Notes: generated by a model from the letters alone, not told the origin. A stretch of 64,000 nt of DNA from Candidatus Magasanikbacteria bacterium RIFCSPHIGHO2_01_FULL_33_34 (GCA_001782825.1 MFPS01000009.1:122102-186101); one strand, 5' to 3'; positions 29,602 through 38,514 are shown, counted from the stretch's first letter. Program-made: numbers and translations.

Positions 29602-29754
29602 TTATACTCCATTAGAAATTCTTGGCAAGAACAAAAAAACAGACACCAACAGCATGATACCTGCAAATAAATAATAATAAATAGGGGCAAAACCTTCATT
29701 CTGTATTTCTGTTGTGCCCAAAACTGACCCAAACTTATCTTGTTTGTTACTCAT
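29602..29754 (-). CDS. Putative 50-aa membrane peptide
   Basis: Not in the ORF track: MSNKQDKFGSVLGTTEIQNEGFAPIYYYLFAGIMLLVSVFLFLPRISNGV*; co-oriented and fills the gap between neighbours. Confidence 0.55.
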   Translation of the reverse strand: MSNKQDKFGSVLGTTEIQNEGFAPIYYYLFAGIMLLVSVFLFLPRISNGV

Positions 29755-29820
29755 ATGTTTATGTTTATGTTTATTTTTGTATAAAAAAATCTTGAAGTCA
29801 ATGACAACAAGAAATTTTTT

Positions 29821-30018
29821 TTACATTGATTGTTTGTCACTATCGTCTTCTAAAACATCTGAAACAGGTGCTTCAGGTGCTTGTACTTCTTCTACTGAAG
29901 TGTCCTCAACAACAGGAGCTTCTGGAGAAGTAGGCATTTCTGGAGAAACAGGTGCTTGTGATTCACCAGATTCTTCTGACCCTTTACTACCTTTAAAAAG
30001 TTCTGAAAAAAAACCCAT
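29821..30018 (-). CDS. Small acidic low-complexity protein (65 aa)
   Basis: MGFFSELFKG followed by E/S/P-rich APV repeats; start taken at ATG 30018. Confidence 0.6.
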   Translation of the reverse strand: MGFFSELFKGSKGSEESGESQAPVSPEMPTSPEAPVVEDTSVEEVQAPEAPVSDVLEDDSDKQSM

Positions 30019-30109
30019 AGATTTATTTTTAAAAATTAATTTTTGATTAATTACTCTATTAGTATAGCACAAAATTGACGTTTTGTCAATAGTGTCGTAC
30101 AATATATTT

Positions 30110-30976
30110 ATGAAATTATCCAAACTAATTGACAACTACCTTGATAATCTAGAAAAAAACAAAGGTAGAACAAAAAAAACTATAAAAAACTACCAATTTT
30201 ATTTATCTAGATTTGTAGATTTTTTTGGCAATAAAAAACCTGAAAAAATAAATACTGAGATAATCAAAAAATATAAAAAGTGGTTAGATAATCTCATAGA
30301 TGTACATGGAGAATCATTGAAAAAAAATACTCAAAATTATCATTTGATAGCCTTGAGAAATTTTCTAAAATATTTAAAACAAACAGACAGTCAAACATTT
30401 TCCTACCAAGATATAAAATTACAACCAAGTAAACTAAACAAACCTAGTGTTTTGAGTGAATCTGAAATTGAAAGTTTATTGAATTCTCCTCTACACGTTA
30501 AAAAAACAGGCAAAAATGATAATTTAATAAATCACAGAGATAAAGCCTTATTAGAATTATTATATTGCACTGGTTTATTGGTATCCGAAATATCAGATTT
30601 AAAAAAATCAGATATTGATCTAAATAAAAATGGATTCACACTAAAATCTAAAAATCATGCCCAAAAAACAGTCTCCTTATCACAACAAGCCAAATATTGG
30701 ATAAAACAATATCTAAACCTACGAAATGACTCCAACTCTTATTTATTCATATCTCATGACAAAAGGACTGGCAAAATAACTATAGATGGCATAACTCCAC
30801 GCACAGTCCAAAGAATAGTTAACAAATGTGCAAAGATTGCTGGGATAAATAAAAATATCACCCCTCACTCCCTAAGACATTCTTACACTCTTTCTATGAT
30901 AAAAAGTGGTGTAAACACCTCTCAAATAAAACAACTCTTGGGTATCAAAAATGATAATAGCAAAAGATATGCCTAA
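30110..30976 (+). CDS. Tyrosine recombinase (XerC/D-like) with degenerate catalytic residues
   Basis: N-terminal SAM-like domain (KTIKNY...QNYHLIALRNFLKY), RDKALLELLYCTGLLVSE, ITPHSLRHS; Arg-I and LGH His are missing. Confidence 0.85.
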   Translation: MKLSKLIDNYLDNLEKNKGRTKKTIKNYQFYLSRFVDFFGNKKPEKINTEIIKKYKKWLDNLIDVHGESLKKNTQNYHLIALRNFLKYLKQTDSQTFSYQDIKLQPSKLNKPSVLSESEIESLLNSPLHVKKTGKNDNLINHRDKALLELLYCTGLLVSEISDLKKSDIDLNKNGFTLKSKNHAQKTVSLSQQAKYWIKQYLNLRNDSNSYLFISHDKRTGKITIDGITPRTVQRIVNKCAKIAGINKNITPHSLRHSYTLSMIKSGVNTSQIKQLLGIKNDNSKRYA

Positions 30977-30989
30977 TCACTACAAAACA

Positions 30990-31018
30990 TTGACAAACGA
31001 CAAAAATGATGATACAAT
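30990..31018 (+). promoter_or_regulatory. Sigma70 promoter for the tRNA cluster
   Basis: TTGACA-17-TACAAT. Confidence 0.7.
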
Positions 31019-31030
31019 TTTGTGCATAAT

Positions 31031-31081
31031 GCGCCCATAGTTTCAACCAGAGGCTGATCAGCCTTTGGCTGACAATGGATA
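31031..31081 (+). pseudogene. 5' fragment of tRNA-Arg interrupted by a 30-bp palindrome
   Basis: GCGCCCATAGTT[TCAACCAGAGGCTGATCAGCCTTTGGCTGA]CAATGGATA; without the insert it equals the first 21 nt of the tRNA at 31128. Confidence 0.8.
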
Positions 31082-31127
31082 TTTCTACAAGATAGAATTA
31101 ATAAGATTGACAAAATTAACAAATAAT

Positions 31128-31199
31128 GCGCCCATAGTTCAATGGATAGAACACCAGCCTTCTAAGCTGGTTATGTAGGTTCGATTCCTGCTGGGCGTA
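31128..31199 (+). tRNA. tRNA-Arg (TCT)
   Basis: GCGCCCA/TGGGCGT acceptor, anticodon arm CCAGC-CTTCTAA-GCTGG, T arm GTAGG-TTCGATT-CCTGC. Confidence 0.95.
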
Positions 31200-31215
31200 C
31201 AAAAGAATGCATCGG

Positions 31216-31291
31216 GGTGGCTATTGTATAATGGTTATTACTTCGGCTTGTGGAGCCGATAATACGGGTTCAATTCCCGTTAGCCACCCCA
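31216..31291 (+). tRNA. tRNA-His (GTG)
   Basis: G-1, GTGGCTA/TAGCCAC acceptor, anticodon arm TCGGC-TTGTGGA-GCCGA, C73 discriminator, encoded CCA. Confidence 0.95.
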
Positions 31292-31392
31292 ATGTGTTTT
31301 TTTAATTGAAGAAAATTACTATTCCAGCATAGGCTCCTGGAAGCCGAAAGATATAGGTTGTTTCCCGTTAGCCACCCCAATGTGTTTTTTTA
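31274..31392 (+). repeat. 31-bp direct repeat of the tRNA-His 3' end (31274-31304 / 31362-31392)
   Basis: TTCCCGTTAGCCACCCCAATGTGTTTTTTTA occurs twice. Confidence 0.9.
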
Positions 31393-31452
31393 TTTGTTCA
31401 AATTATTGTTAATTTGCTATACTATAATAAAATTATAGCTTATTTATACTCT

Positions 31453-32559
31453 ATGGAAAAAAGTAAAATTTTACTTATATCTGTTTCCACTGGTTCTGGT
31501 CATGTTAAAGCTGCTGAAGCATTAAAAAAAACTGCTAATATTTTATATCCAAAACTTGATATTGAACATATCAATATGATGGATTATGTAAGTTTGGCAA
31601 TGAAAAAAACCATTACTGAATTCTACGATATCATGGCAAAAAAAATTCCAGACTTATGGGGCTACTTTTATAAAAAAACCAATTCTGCAAAATTGGCACC
31701 TCACACAAATAAAATAGCCAGTCTTTTCAATCAATTAAATTCTGCTACTTTTTTCAAATTTGTTCTTGACTACAAACCAACTCACATACTTTGTACTCAT
31801 TTTATTCCATTATATGCTCTACTAGCTTTGCAGAATAAAAATGAATTAAATACTAAAATAAGTATTTTAATGACTGACTATTTTTCTCATGATTTGCAAA
31901 TTATAAAAAATGTTAATCATTATTTTGTCCCATCTAAAAAAACAAAATACCATCTAATTGAAAGTGGAATAAAAAATGAAAATATTACTATCAGTGGTAT
32001 ACCAATTGATCCAATATTTTATACAAAAAAAAATATAAGGGGGCTTTATAAAAAATATAAAAGTGATAAAAATAAAATAAATTTATTAATACTATCTGGT
32101 GGTCAAGGATTAGTGGATACCAGCCATATTATACAAATATTATCTAAATTAAACACACAATATAGGGTATTTGCTATAGCTGGAAAAAACGCAAACCTTC
32201 AAACTATATTAGAAAAAATAGAACCACCAAACAATGTTGAACTTCATACAATAGGTTGGACAGACAATATGGACGAATATATGAGAATTGCCGACTATAT
32301 AATTACCAAACCTGGCGGACTCACCACTACTGAATGTATTACGCTTGGTAAACCAATAATTGCAATCTCACCAATTCCTGGTCAAGAAGAATGCAATACT
32401 GAATACTTGCTTGAAAAAAATTATGGAGTTGTCGTTAGAACTCCATCAGATTTATTATATTACCTAGAAAACACCAATGAATGGACTCCTAAAATAAAAA
32501 AAATAACCTCACTGCCATCAACCAATGAGATTATATTAAAAAAACTATTAAATTTATAA
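31453..32559 (+). CDS. Diacylglycerol glycosyltransferase (MGDG synthase/UgtP-like, GT28)
   Basis: GSGHVKAAEAL, ILCTHF, TDY, GIPI, ITKPGGLTTTE, PIPGQE. Confidence 0.88.
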   Translation: MEKSKILLISVSTGSGHVKAAEALKKTANILYPKLDIEHINMMDYVSLAMKKTITEFYDIMAKKIPDLWGYFYKKTNSAKLAPHTNKIASLFNQLNSATFFKFVLDYKPTHILCTHFIPLYALLALQNKNELNTKISILMTDYFSHDLQIIKNVNHYFVPSKKTKYHLIESGIKNENITISGIPIDPIFYTKKNIRGLYKKYKSDKNKINLLILSGGQGLVDTSHIIQILSKLNTQYRVFAIAGKNANLQTILEKIEPPNNVELHTIGWTDNMDEYMRIADYIITKPGGLTTTECITLGKPIIAISPIPGQEECNTEYLLEKNYGVVVRTPSDLLYYLENTNEWTPKIKKITSLPSTNEIILKKLLNL

Positions 32560-32560
32560 T

Positions 32561-33058
32561 CTAAAGTCCACGAGAACAGCTACTAACAGTCCCTCCAGAT
32601 GCTATACAAGCATCATACTCACTCGTTCCAATATCATAATCAAAATAAGCTGGTGGCTTATCCTGCGTAGCATTAAGTGCTACACTAGAAACTAAAGCCA
32701 AAATTGAATAAGCACTCATAATTACAAAAATACCGATTATACCCGTACGCAAAGTGCTCTTGCCTTTTTTTACTTTTTCCTCATCCCCTGCCGAAGACAT
32801 TATCAAATATCCAGCATAAACAGAATACGCAAAAAACATTATACCAATCATCCCTAACAAAAATTTTACCAACTGAGCCACGACAATCCTTGGATCAGTT
32901 GGAATAGTATCTCCTGCGCCAGACTTATTTGCAAAAGTTTTTAATTGTTGAGTAAAATCCTGAGCATTAACTTTTGCAAAATCAACAAAACTGTAGCCTA
33001 AAAATAAAATAGTTATCAATATATATAATGTTAAAAAATTTTTTTTATGTTTTTTCAT
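32561..33058 (-). CDS. TrbC/VirB2-like pilin with C-terminal Cys pair
   Basis: Signal peptide plus two-TM core (YAGYLIMSSAGDEEKVKKGK...GIIG...SAYSI). Confidence 0.75.
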   Translation of the reverse strand: MKKHKKNFLTLYILITILFLGYSFVDFAKVNAQDFTQQLKTFANKSGAGDTIPTDPRIVVAQLVKFLLGMIGIMFFAYSVYAGYLIMSSAGDEEKVKKGKSTLRTGIIGIFVIMSAYSILALVSSVALNATQDKPPAYFDYDIGTSEYDACIASGGTVSSCSRGL

Positions 33059-33064
33059 ATAAAA

Positions 33065-33526
33065 TTATCCAGCAAAATCATCCCAACAACTTTCATCTTC
33101 CAGACAATCAAAGCGATCAGAACTTTGAGGTTCTTGAACAGCTTTCTGTAAACCTGAAGCAACAAAACTAGTGATTGCATAGGACAAAACTACTATAAAC
33201 AGTCCTATTACTGCACCACGCATTGTAGCTGATGCTTTTTCAATCTTTTCTGATCTACCACGAGCAATTATAAACCAATATGATGCCATCGCAATCAATA
33301 TAATAAAAATTGAGCCAATAAACCCTAAAAATATCTTTATAACTGAAGCTATGGTAACTTGAGGTGCGACCGCATCAGTATAACCTGCACTAGTCTTGCC
33401 AGCATTCAATTGGCCAAGTACTTTATCATTTAAACTTCCAGCTTGAACAACATTTGTAAATAATAAAGTACTTACAAATAAAATGACTATACTAAATATA
33501 AATTTATATACACTTTTTTGTTGCAT
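33065..33526 (-). CDS. TrbC/VirB2-like pilin
   Basis: Start MQQKS at 33526; core WFIIARGRSEKIEKA...GAVIGL...SYAI. Confidence 0.75.
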   Translation of the reverse strand: MQQKSVYKFIFSIVILFVSTLLFTNVVQAGSLNDKVLGQLNAGKTSAGYTDAVAPQVTIASVIKIFLGFIGSIFIILIAMASYWFIIARGRSEKIEKASATMRGAVIGLFIVVLSYAITSFVASGLQKAVQEPQSSDRFDCLEDESCWDDFAG

Positions 33527-33530
33527 AATA

Positions 33531-33947
33531 TTAAAGCGATTCCTCAGATGGCGCAGTTTCAAGCAAAATCCTTGGAACAATAAAGAATGTAATACTGTAT
33601 GCACTAACAGCAATCACCAAACCAATCACTGAAGCGCGAATTATATTTTTTGCTTTATCAACTTGCGCTTCTTCACCACGGGCAGTCATCCAAAGAAAAC
33701 CAGCATAAACTGTCAAACTCATAAATATGATACCAGAAAATGACATCAATATTTTTACAACCGTACCCAATGTAGCTGCAAAAGTTGTTTCACTAGTATT
33801 TTCATCATATTGAGCAGCTTTGGCAGCATCACGTAAAAGTGAATTTGAATTAGATGAAGTTCCAAAACCAATATTTGGTTGAGCAAAAATAACTGTCGGT
33901 ACAAAAATTAAACTTAATAAAGTTATAAAAAATAATATTTTTTTCAT
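33531..33947 (-). CDS. TrbC/VirB2-like pilin
   Basis: YAGFLWMTARGEEAQVDKAK..I.ASVIGLVI..SAYSIT. Confidence 0.8.
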   Translation of the reverse strand: MKKILFFITLLSLIFVPTVIFAQPNIGFGTSSNSNSLLRDAAKAAQYDENTSETTFAATLGTVVKILMSFSGIIFMSLTVYAGFLWMTARGEEAQVDKAKNIIRASVIGLVIAVSAYSITFFIVPRILLETAPSEESL

Positions 33948-33956
33948 AAATATATG

Positions 33957-34340
33957 TTATTTATTTAAAGCCCCAGCTACCAGGAAAGTAATAGCATAAG
34001 CCGACAATACAAGCACAAGTCCAATAACAGTTCCTTTTATAATTGATTTTGCTTTGTTAACTTGATCTTCTTCACCCCTAGCTGTCATCCACAAAAATCC
34101 AGCATATACCATAAGCAACAAAAACATAAGACCAACCATAGACAATGCTACATTTATAACTCGTCCACTAATAGTCCCCAAACTATCAGATGCTTCAAAT
34201 CCAGCTTGACCACGAACAGTTTCCAAAGGACTATTTGTACCACCAAAAGCATTCTTAAGACCTTGGGCAGAAACAATTTGTGGTAAAACTACACTACTCA
34301 ATAAAACTATTATTATAATTATTTTTTTTATTGAAAACAT
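33957..34340 (-). CDS. TrbC/VirB2-like pilin
   Basis: YAGFLWMTARGEEDQVNKAK..I...VIGLVL..SAYAIT. Confidence 0.8.
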   Translation of the reverse strand: MFSIKKIIIIIVLLSSVVLPQIVSAQGLKNAFGGTNSPLETVRGQAGFEASDSLGTISGRVINVALSMVGLMFLLLMVYAGFLWMTARGEEDQVNKAKSIIKGTVIGLVLVLSAYAITFLVAGALNK

Positions 34341-34348
34341 ATATATAA

Positions 34349-34717
34349 TTAATTTTCTAAAACGCCACCCAATAAAACTGTGATTGCATAAGATGCCAGC
34401 ACTACAATCAAACCTATTATAGCAGCAATTACAGTATTTTTTGCTTTCTTAATTTTATCCTCACTACCACTTGCCATCATCCAACTAAAACCTCCATAAA
34501 AAACCAAAATAAAAAATAATAAACCAACCGCAGTCAAACTTCCTTTTATCATACTACCAAATGTTCCACTAACACTCTCATTGGTAATACCTGCTTTCCC
34601 GGCTACTTTACCTAAATTACCACTAGCACTATTCAATGTGTATGCTGTTGCAAAATCTGCTTGAAAAAAAGAACACAAAATTATGATAAAACAAATATTT
34701 CTTAAAAATTTCTTCAT
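34349..34717 (-). CDS. TrbC/VirB2-like pilin
   Basis: YGGFSWMMASGSEDKIKKAK...AAIIGL...SYAIT. Confidence 0.8.
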   Translation of the reverse strand: MKKFLRNICFIIILCSFFQADFATAYTLNSASGNLGKVAGKAGITNESVSGTFGSMIKGSLTAVGLLFFILVFYGGFSWMMASGSEDKIKKAKNTVIAAIIGLIVVLASYAITVLLGGVLEN

Positions 34718-34733
34718 AAAAATTTACTAGCTA

Positions 34734-35228
34734 CTACGGACAAGCGCAAAACAAACCTCCAGAATTATTATCAACACAAGCTCTACCACCACATTCTGCT
34801 GATGAAGCTGATACTGTAGTACAAGGCTCAGTTGTTACACAACTACTATTTTGTGGTGTAGGCTCAGTAGTAGGTTCTCCACTAATAGCTCTAAATACAA
34901 AAGTAGTTATCGCATACGAGGCTACCACAATAATCAAACCAATCACAGCGGCCTTGATAGTACCCAATGCTTTATCAGTTTGCTGTTCATTACCACGAGC
35001 TATCATCCAAATAACACCACCATATATCATCAATAACAAAAATAATACACCAACCATAGTTAAGGCTGCCCCGACAACACTCCCAATAATATCTACTGGT
35101 GAGCTACCAGATACCGCCCCTTTCAAGCCTGAAACATCGGCAGTTTTGTCTAAACCATAATTTGCATAAACAGTTCCAGTACCAAATAAAGAAACAATGA
35201 TTGATAAAGTGATAATTATTTTTTTCAT
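34734..35228 (-). CDS. TrbC/VirB2-like pilin with C-terminal Cys-rich domain
   Basis: YGGVIWMIARGNEQQTDKA core plus a 6-Cys tail. Confidence 0.78.
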   Translation of the reverse strand: MKKIIITLSIIVSLFGTGTVYANYGLDKTADVSGLKGAVSGSSPVDIIGSVVGAALTMVGVLFLLLMIYGGVIWMIARGNEQQTDKALGTIKAAVIGLIIVVASYAITTFVFRAISGEPTTEPTPQNSSCVTTEPCTTVSASSAECGGRACVDNNSGGLFCACP

Positions 35229-35236
35229 AAATTTTA

Positions 35237-35857
35237 TTACTTAGGGATACAACAGACATTATCTGTCCCACCAGTACAATAACCAACCAAGGCTGTACCA
35301 GATACACAATCTGATGGATTACTACATTCAAATCTATCTCCACACTGGCTCGTACATAAACTATCATCATTTGAAATACACACATTTGCAGTTGGACTAC
35401 AAGATACAAGACTTGTACCAAAATCACATGGCTCAGTATCACTACAAGCAACCACCGTCAAACCATCTAGTCTATTTACACACTGTACAGAAGCACCAAT
35501 AGAACGAAAGATTAATCCTACAATCACATAAGAACCTAATACAATCACCAAACCAATTACTGCTGAAACGATTGTTTTGGTAGCTTTATCTGTTTGTTGT
35601 TCATTTCCTCTAGCCGTCATCCATATTATACCACCATATATAGTCAAAAGAAAGAATATAACACTTACAAAAGCAAGCGCTCCACCTATTACTTTTCCAA
35701 TCACTTCACTAGGAGTTCCAACATTCATTGATTTTGCAGAAGCTACCGACTTCAATCCATACTCACTATTTGATTGCGCATATATTGAATCTACAGATAC
35801 CAAAAAAAATCCGATGGCTGAAAAAAAAATAATTATCAAAATAATTAATTTTTTCAT
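35237..35857 (-). CDS. TrbC/VirB2-like pilin with C-terminal Cys-rich domain
   Basis: YGGIIWMTARGNEQQTDKA core plus a tail of ~12 Cys ending GYCTGGTDNVCCIP. Confidence 0.78.
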   Translation of the reverse strand: MKKLIILIIIFFSAIGFFLVSVDSIYAQSNSEYGLKSVASAKSMNVGTPSEVIGKVIGGALAFVSVIFFLLTIYGGIIWMTARGNEQQTDKATKTIVSAVIGLVIVLGSYVIVGLIFRSIGASVQCVNRLDGLTVVACSDTEPCDFGTSLVSCSPTANVCISNDDSLCTSQCGDRFECSNPSDCVSGTALVGYCTGGTDNVCCIPK

Positions 35858-35858
35858 A

Positions 35859-36254
35859 TTAAAAATAATAAAAAAAGCCTCTGTGCGTCGCTTGAAATAA
35901 ACTCTTCAAAACAAAGCTAGTAATTGCATACGAACTCATTATTATTGCCAATCCGATAGAAGCTCCCCAAATAATTTTTTTGGCTTTATTTACTTTTTCA
36001 TCATTTCCCATAGATGTCATCCATAAAAAGCCAGCATACAACATCAAAACCATTGTTCCAATTCCAAGAAACCCTAAAACAGTCTGAATTATAGAACCAA
36101 TACTATATCTAATATCCCTATTTTCAAGTCCAGAATACCGAGCATAATTAACACCCAATAAATCATCTTCTGTAGCTACAACTGGACTAATAACAAAAAA
36201 TCCTAGTGATATAAAAAATAATAGGGAAAAAATAATGTATCTTTTTTTTTGCAT
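35859..36254 (-). CDS. TrbC/VirB2-like pilin
   Basis: Start MQKKR at 36254; YAGFLWMTSMGNDEKVNKAK...GLAII.SSYAIT. Confidence 0.78.
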   Translation of the reverse strand: MQKKRYIIFSLLFFISLGFFVISPVVATEDDLLGVNYARYSGLENRDIRYSIGSIIQTVLGFLGIGTMVLMLYAGFLWMTSMGNDEKVNKAKKIIWGASIGLAIIMSSYAITSFVLKSLFQATHRGFFYYF

Positions 36255-36301
36255 ATAAAATATTTGTTTATACAAACAAATGTTTGCATATATAAACAAA
36301 T

Positions 36302-36353
36302 AGGGCAGGGCTCCTAAAGCAAGGTTTTTCCCTTACATCAGGGGCCCTGCCCT
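36302..36353 (-). terminator. GC-rich stem-loop directly 3' of the putative major pilin
   Basis: AGGGCAGGGC...GCCCTGCCCT 10-bp perfect stem with an extended inner stem. Confidence 0.65.
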
Positions 36354-36368
36354 TTAATAATTTGTTTC

Positions 36369-36764
36369 TTATGTTCCGTATCCAGTTGCTGTTCCAAGTT
36401 GTACAAGTACAAAACTTGAAATTGCGTAAGCACTCAAGATAACTGCAAGACCTACAACACCAGCGATGATGATTTTTCTAGCTTCACCAACTCCTTCATC
36501 GTTACCACCAGCTGTCATCCATTTAAAACCACCGTAAAGTACTATTACTAAAGCGATTATACCTAAAAGGCTGAGAGCTACATTGATAATAGAAGCAATT
36601 GTTGTTCTTAAATCTTGATTTCCAAGACGACTAACAGTACCGTAAGTCAAACCAAAATCAGCTTCAATAGAACCAGCTAATGCAGCTGGGGCCAAAGCCA
36701 AACTAAATACCATTGCAGCTAAAACTGAAAGTCCTACCTTGTATTTTAGAATTTTCGATAACAT
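36369..36764 (-). CDS. TrbC/VirB2-like pilin, putative major subunit
   Basis: YGGFKWMTAGGNDE...ARKIIIAGVVGLAVILSAYAI; strong SD GGAGGTGA; own promoter. Confidence 0.82.
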   Translation of the reverse strand: MLSKILKYKVGLSVLAAMVFSLALAPAALAGSIEADFGLTYGTVSRLGNQDLRTTIASIINVALSLLGIIALVIVLYGGFKWMTAGGNDEGVGEARKIIIAGVVGLAVILSAYAISSFVLVQLGTATGYGT

Positions 36765-36808
36765 ATTCTCACCTCCCTTCCTATTATAGATTCATTTTTC
36801 ATAGTTAA

Positions 36809-36837
36809 ATTATACTACAAATACTTTAATTAAACAA
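36809..36837 (-). promoter_or_regulatory. Internal sigma70 promoter for the putative major pilin
   Basis: TTGTTT-17-TATAAT on the - strand. Confidence 0.55.
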
Positions 36838-36843
36838 CATTAG

Positions 36844-36852
36844 TGTGGATAA
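36844..36852 (-). promoter_or_regulatory. Consensus DnaA box (TTATCCACA)
   Basis: TGTGGATAA on +, 6 bp upstream of the pilin -35. Confidence 0.4.
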
Positions 36853-36891
36853 TAATTTAACTATACAATCCTACTTAAAAAATTTTATTTT

Positions 36892-37281
36892 TTATGTGCC
36901 ATAACCAGTTGCGCTACCCAGACTAGTCAATACAAAACTAGAAATTGCATAAGCACTCAAAACTATTGCCAATCCAACTACACCAGCTATAATCGCTTTT
37001 CTACCTTGACCCGCTTGTTCATCATTACCACCAGACACCATCATCTGAAAACCACCATATAATACACCCACTAATGCCAATATACCTAAAAGTCCCAAAA
37101 TAACATTAATAATTGAAGCAATCGTTGAACGCACATCTTGATTCCCCAGACGACTAACAGTACCATAAGTCAAACCAAAATCTTCTTCAATAGAACCAGC
37201 TAACACAGTTGGTGTTAAAACTAAACTAAATATTACCAAAATTAAAGTCGCAAATATATTTAATTTTATTTTTTTATTCAT
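36892..37281 (-). CDS. TrbC/VirB2-like pilin, close paralog of 36369-36764
   Basis: Shares AGSIE.DFGLTYGTVSRLGNQD...ATGYGT. Confidence 0.82.
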   Translation of the reverse strand: MNKKIKLNIFATLILVIFSLVLTPTVLAGSIEEDFGLTYGTVSRLGNQDVRSTIASIINVILGLLGILALVGVLYGGFQMMVSGGNDEQAGQGRKAIIAGVVGLAIVLSAYAISSFVLTSLGSATGYGT

Positions 37282-37298
37282 AACATTTTTAATAAAAA

Positions 37299-37706
37299 TT
37301 ATTTGGCTATGACCCCAATTAATGCGCTTAAAATTGCATACGAAGAAAATATCACAAGAATACCTATGGTTGCATAAAGCATTGTCTTGGTACCTTTATC
37401 AACTCTCTGTTCATTTCCTGCAGAAGTGAGCCATAAAAATCCACCAATAACAAAAACTATCAACGTTACTGATCCCAAAATTCCTAAACTAGTATCTATT
37501 ATTTTCTTTATCAAAGGATTAATAACCGTACCATCTTCACCGGTAACCATCTCTCCCAAAGGATTTTGTAATCTTGATACACCACTACTATCTTCTTGGG
37601 CATTAACAGATACTGAACCATACACACCCAAAAACATAAAAGAAAAAATCATATAGCCTATTATATATTTTTTGAATATTTTCATAAAAAATTTATTTAA
37701 ATACAT
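37299..37706 (-). CDS. TrbC/VirB2-like pilin
   Basis: LQNPLG...GGFLWLTSAGNEQRVDKG...A.IGILVIFSSYAI. Confidence 0.8.
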   Translation of the reverse strand: MYLNKFFMKIFKKYIIGYMIFSFMFLGVYGSVSVNAQEDSSGVSRLQNPLGEMVTGEDGTVINPLIKKIIDTSLGILGSVTLIVFVIGGFLWLTSAGNEQRVDKGTKTMLYATIGILVIFSSYAILSALIGVIAK

Positions 37707-38514
37707 TTAATCTATCTGATACACCAAGCACATCAAGCAAAAAACCAACTATAAAATAACCAGCAAAGACTATTACCATACCAATCACTGACGCCACCAA
37801 AACATTTTGTCCTTGTTTGAAACGCTCTGCATTACCAAATGACAATACCATTAAACCACCACCAAAAACAAAGAAAGCAAAAACAATTGCGCCTATATAT
37901 TTGAATATACTACCAGCTGCATTTGAAACAATGACCACTATATCATTTGGGCTATTACAAGTACCCAATTTTGCGCATTTTGGCAATGTTCCTAATATGC
38001 CAGCTTTAAAATCATAATCATATACATTATCCAAATATTGCAAGGCTTCACTATAACAAGTCTCAGCATCTTCATTCCATTTACAAACATCACTTACAAT
38101 ACAATCTGTCTTTTTTTGCATATATGAACAATCCGAATTGGAAAATCTAGATAAACAACTACCATCTGTTGTAAAAAAACAACCAGATCTACGTATACAA
38201 AGATTTTTAGGCAAATCATTGCAGGTAACACAGTAATTTTCTGTACAAGATACACCCACTTCAACTCTATAAAAAGACTGGTCAACATACTTTATCAATG
38301 TATCACAAGGCAATACCTCCATATCATCGCGTCTACAACCAACTGGTTTCAAACTACTCTGGCTCGGTTCTGTACCTTCTGATATTAAACAGCAACCTAT
38401 AGATTCAGCTTTTAATTCTTGAGGACTAAATATAATTGCAACAAAAAAAACCAAAAACACAAAGCTAAATTTTTGTATTTTATGAATAAATTTTTTTTTA
38501 TTGATAAATAACAT
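37693..38514 (-). CDS. Cys-rich N-terminal domain fused to a C-terminal pilin domain
   Basis: Signal peptide, many Cys, then GGGLMVLSFGNAERFKQG...VIG.VIVF. Confidence 0.75.
   Translation of the reverse strand: MLFINKKKFIHKIQKFSFVFLVFFVAIIFSPQELKAESIGCCLISEGTEPSQSSLKPVGCRRDDMEVLPCDTLIKYVDQSFYRVEVGVSCTENYCVTCNDLPKNLCIRRSGCFFTTDGSCLSRFSNSDCSYMQKKTDCIVSDVCKWNEDAETCYSEALQYLDNVYDYDFKAGILGTLPKCAKLGTCNSPNDIVVIVSNAAGSIFKYIGAIVFAFFVFGGGLMVLSFGNAERFKQGQNVLVASVIGMVIVFAGYFIVGFLLDVLGVSDRLNVFK

Noticed and set aside
30110-31392. Prophage or integrative element at the tRNAs
   Set aside because: No cargo, phage or conjugation genes between the repeats; at most a scar
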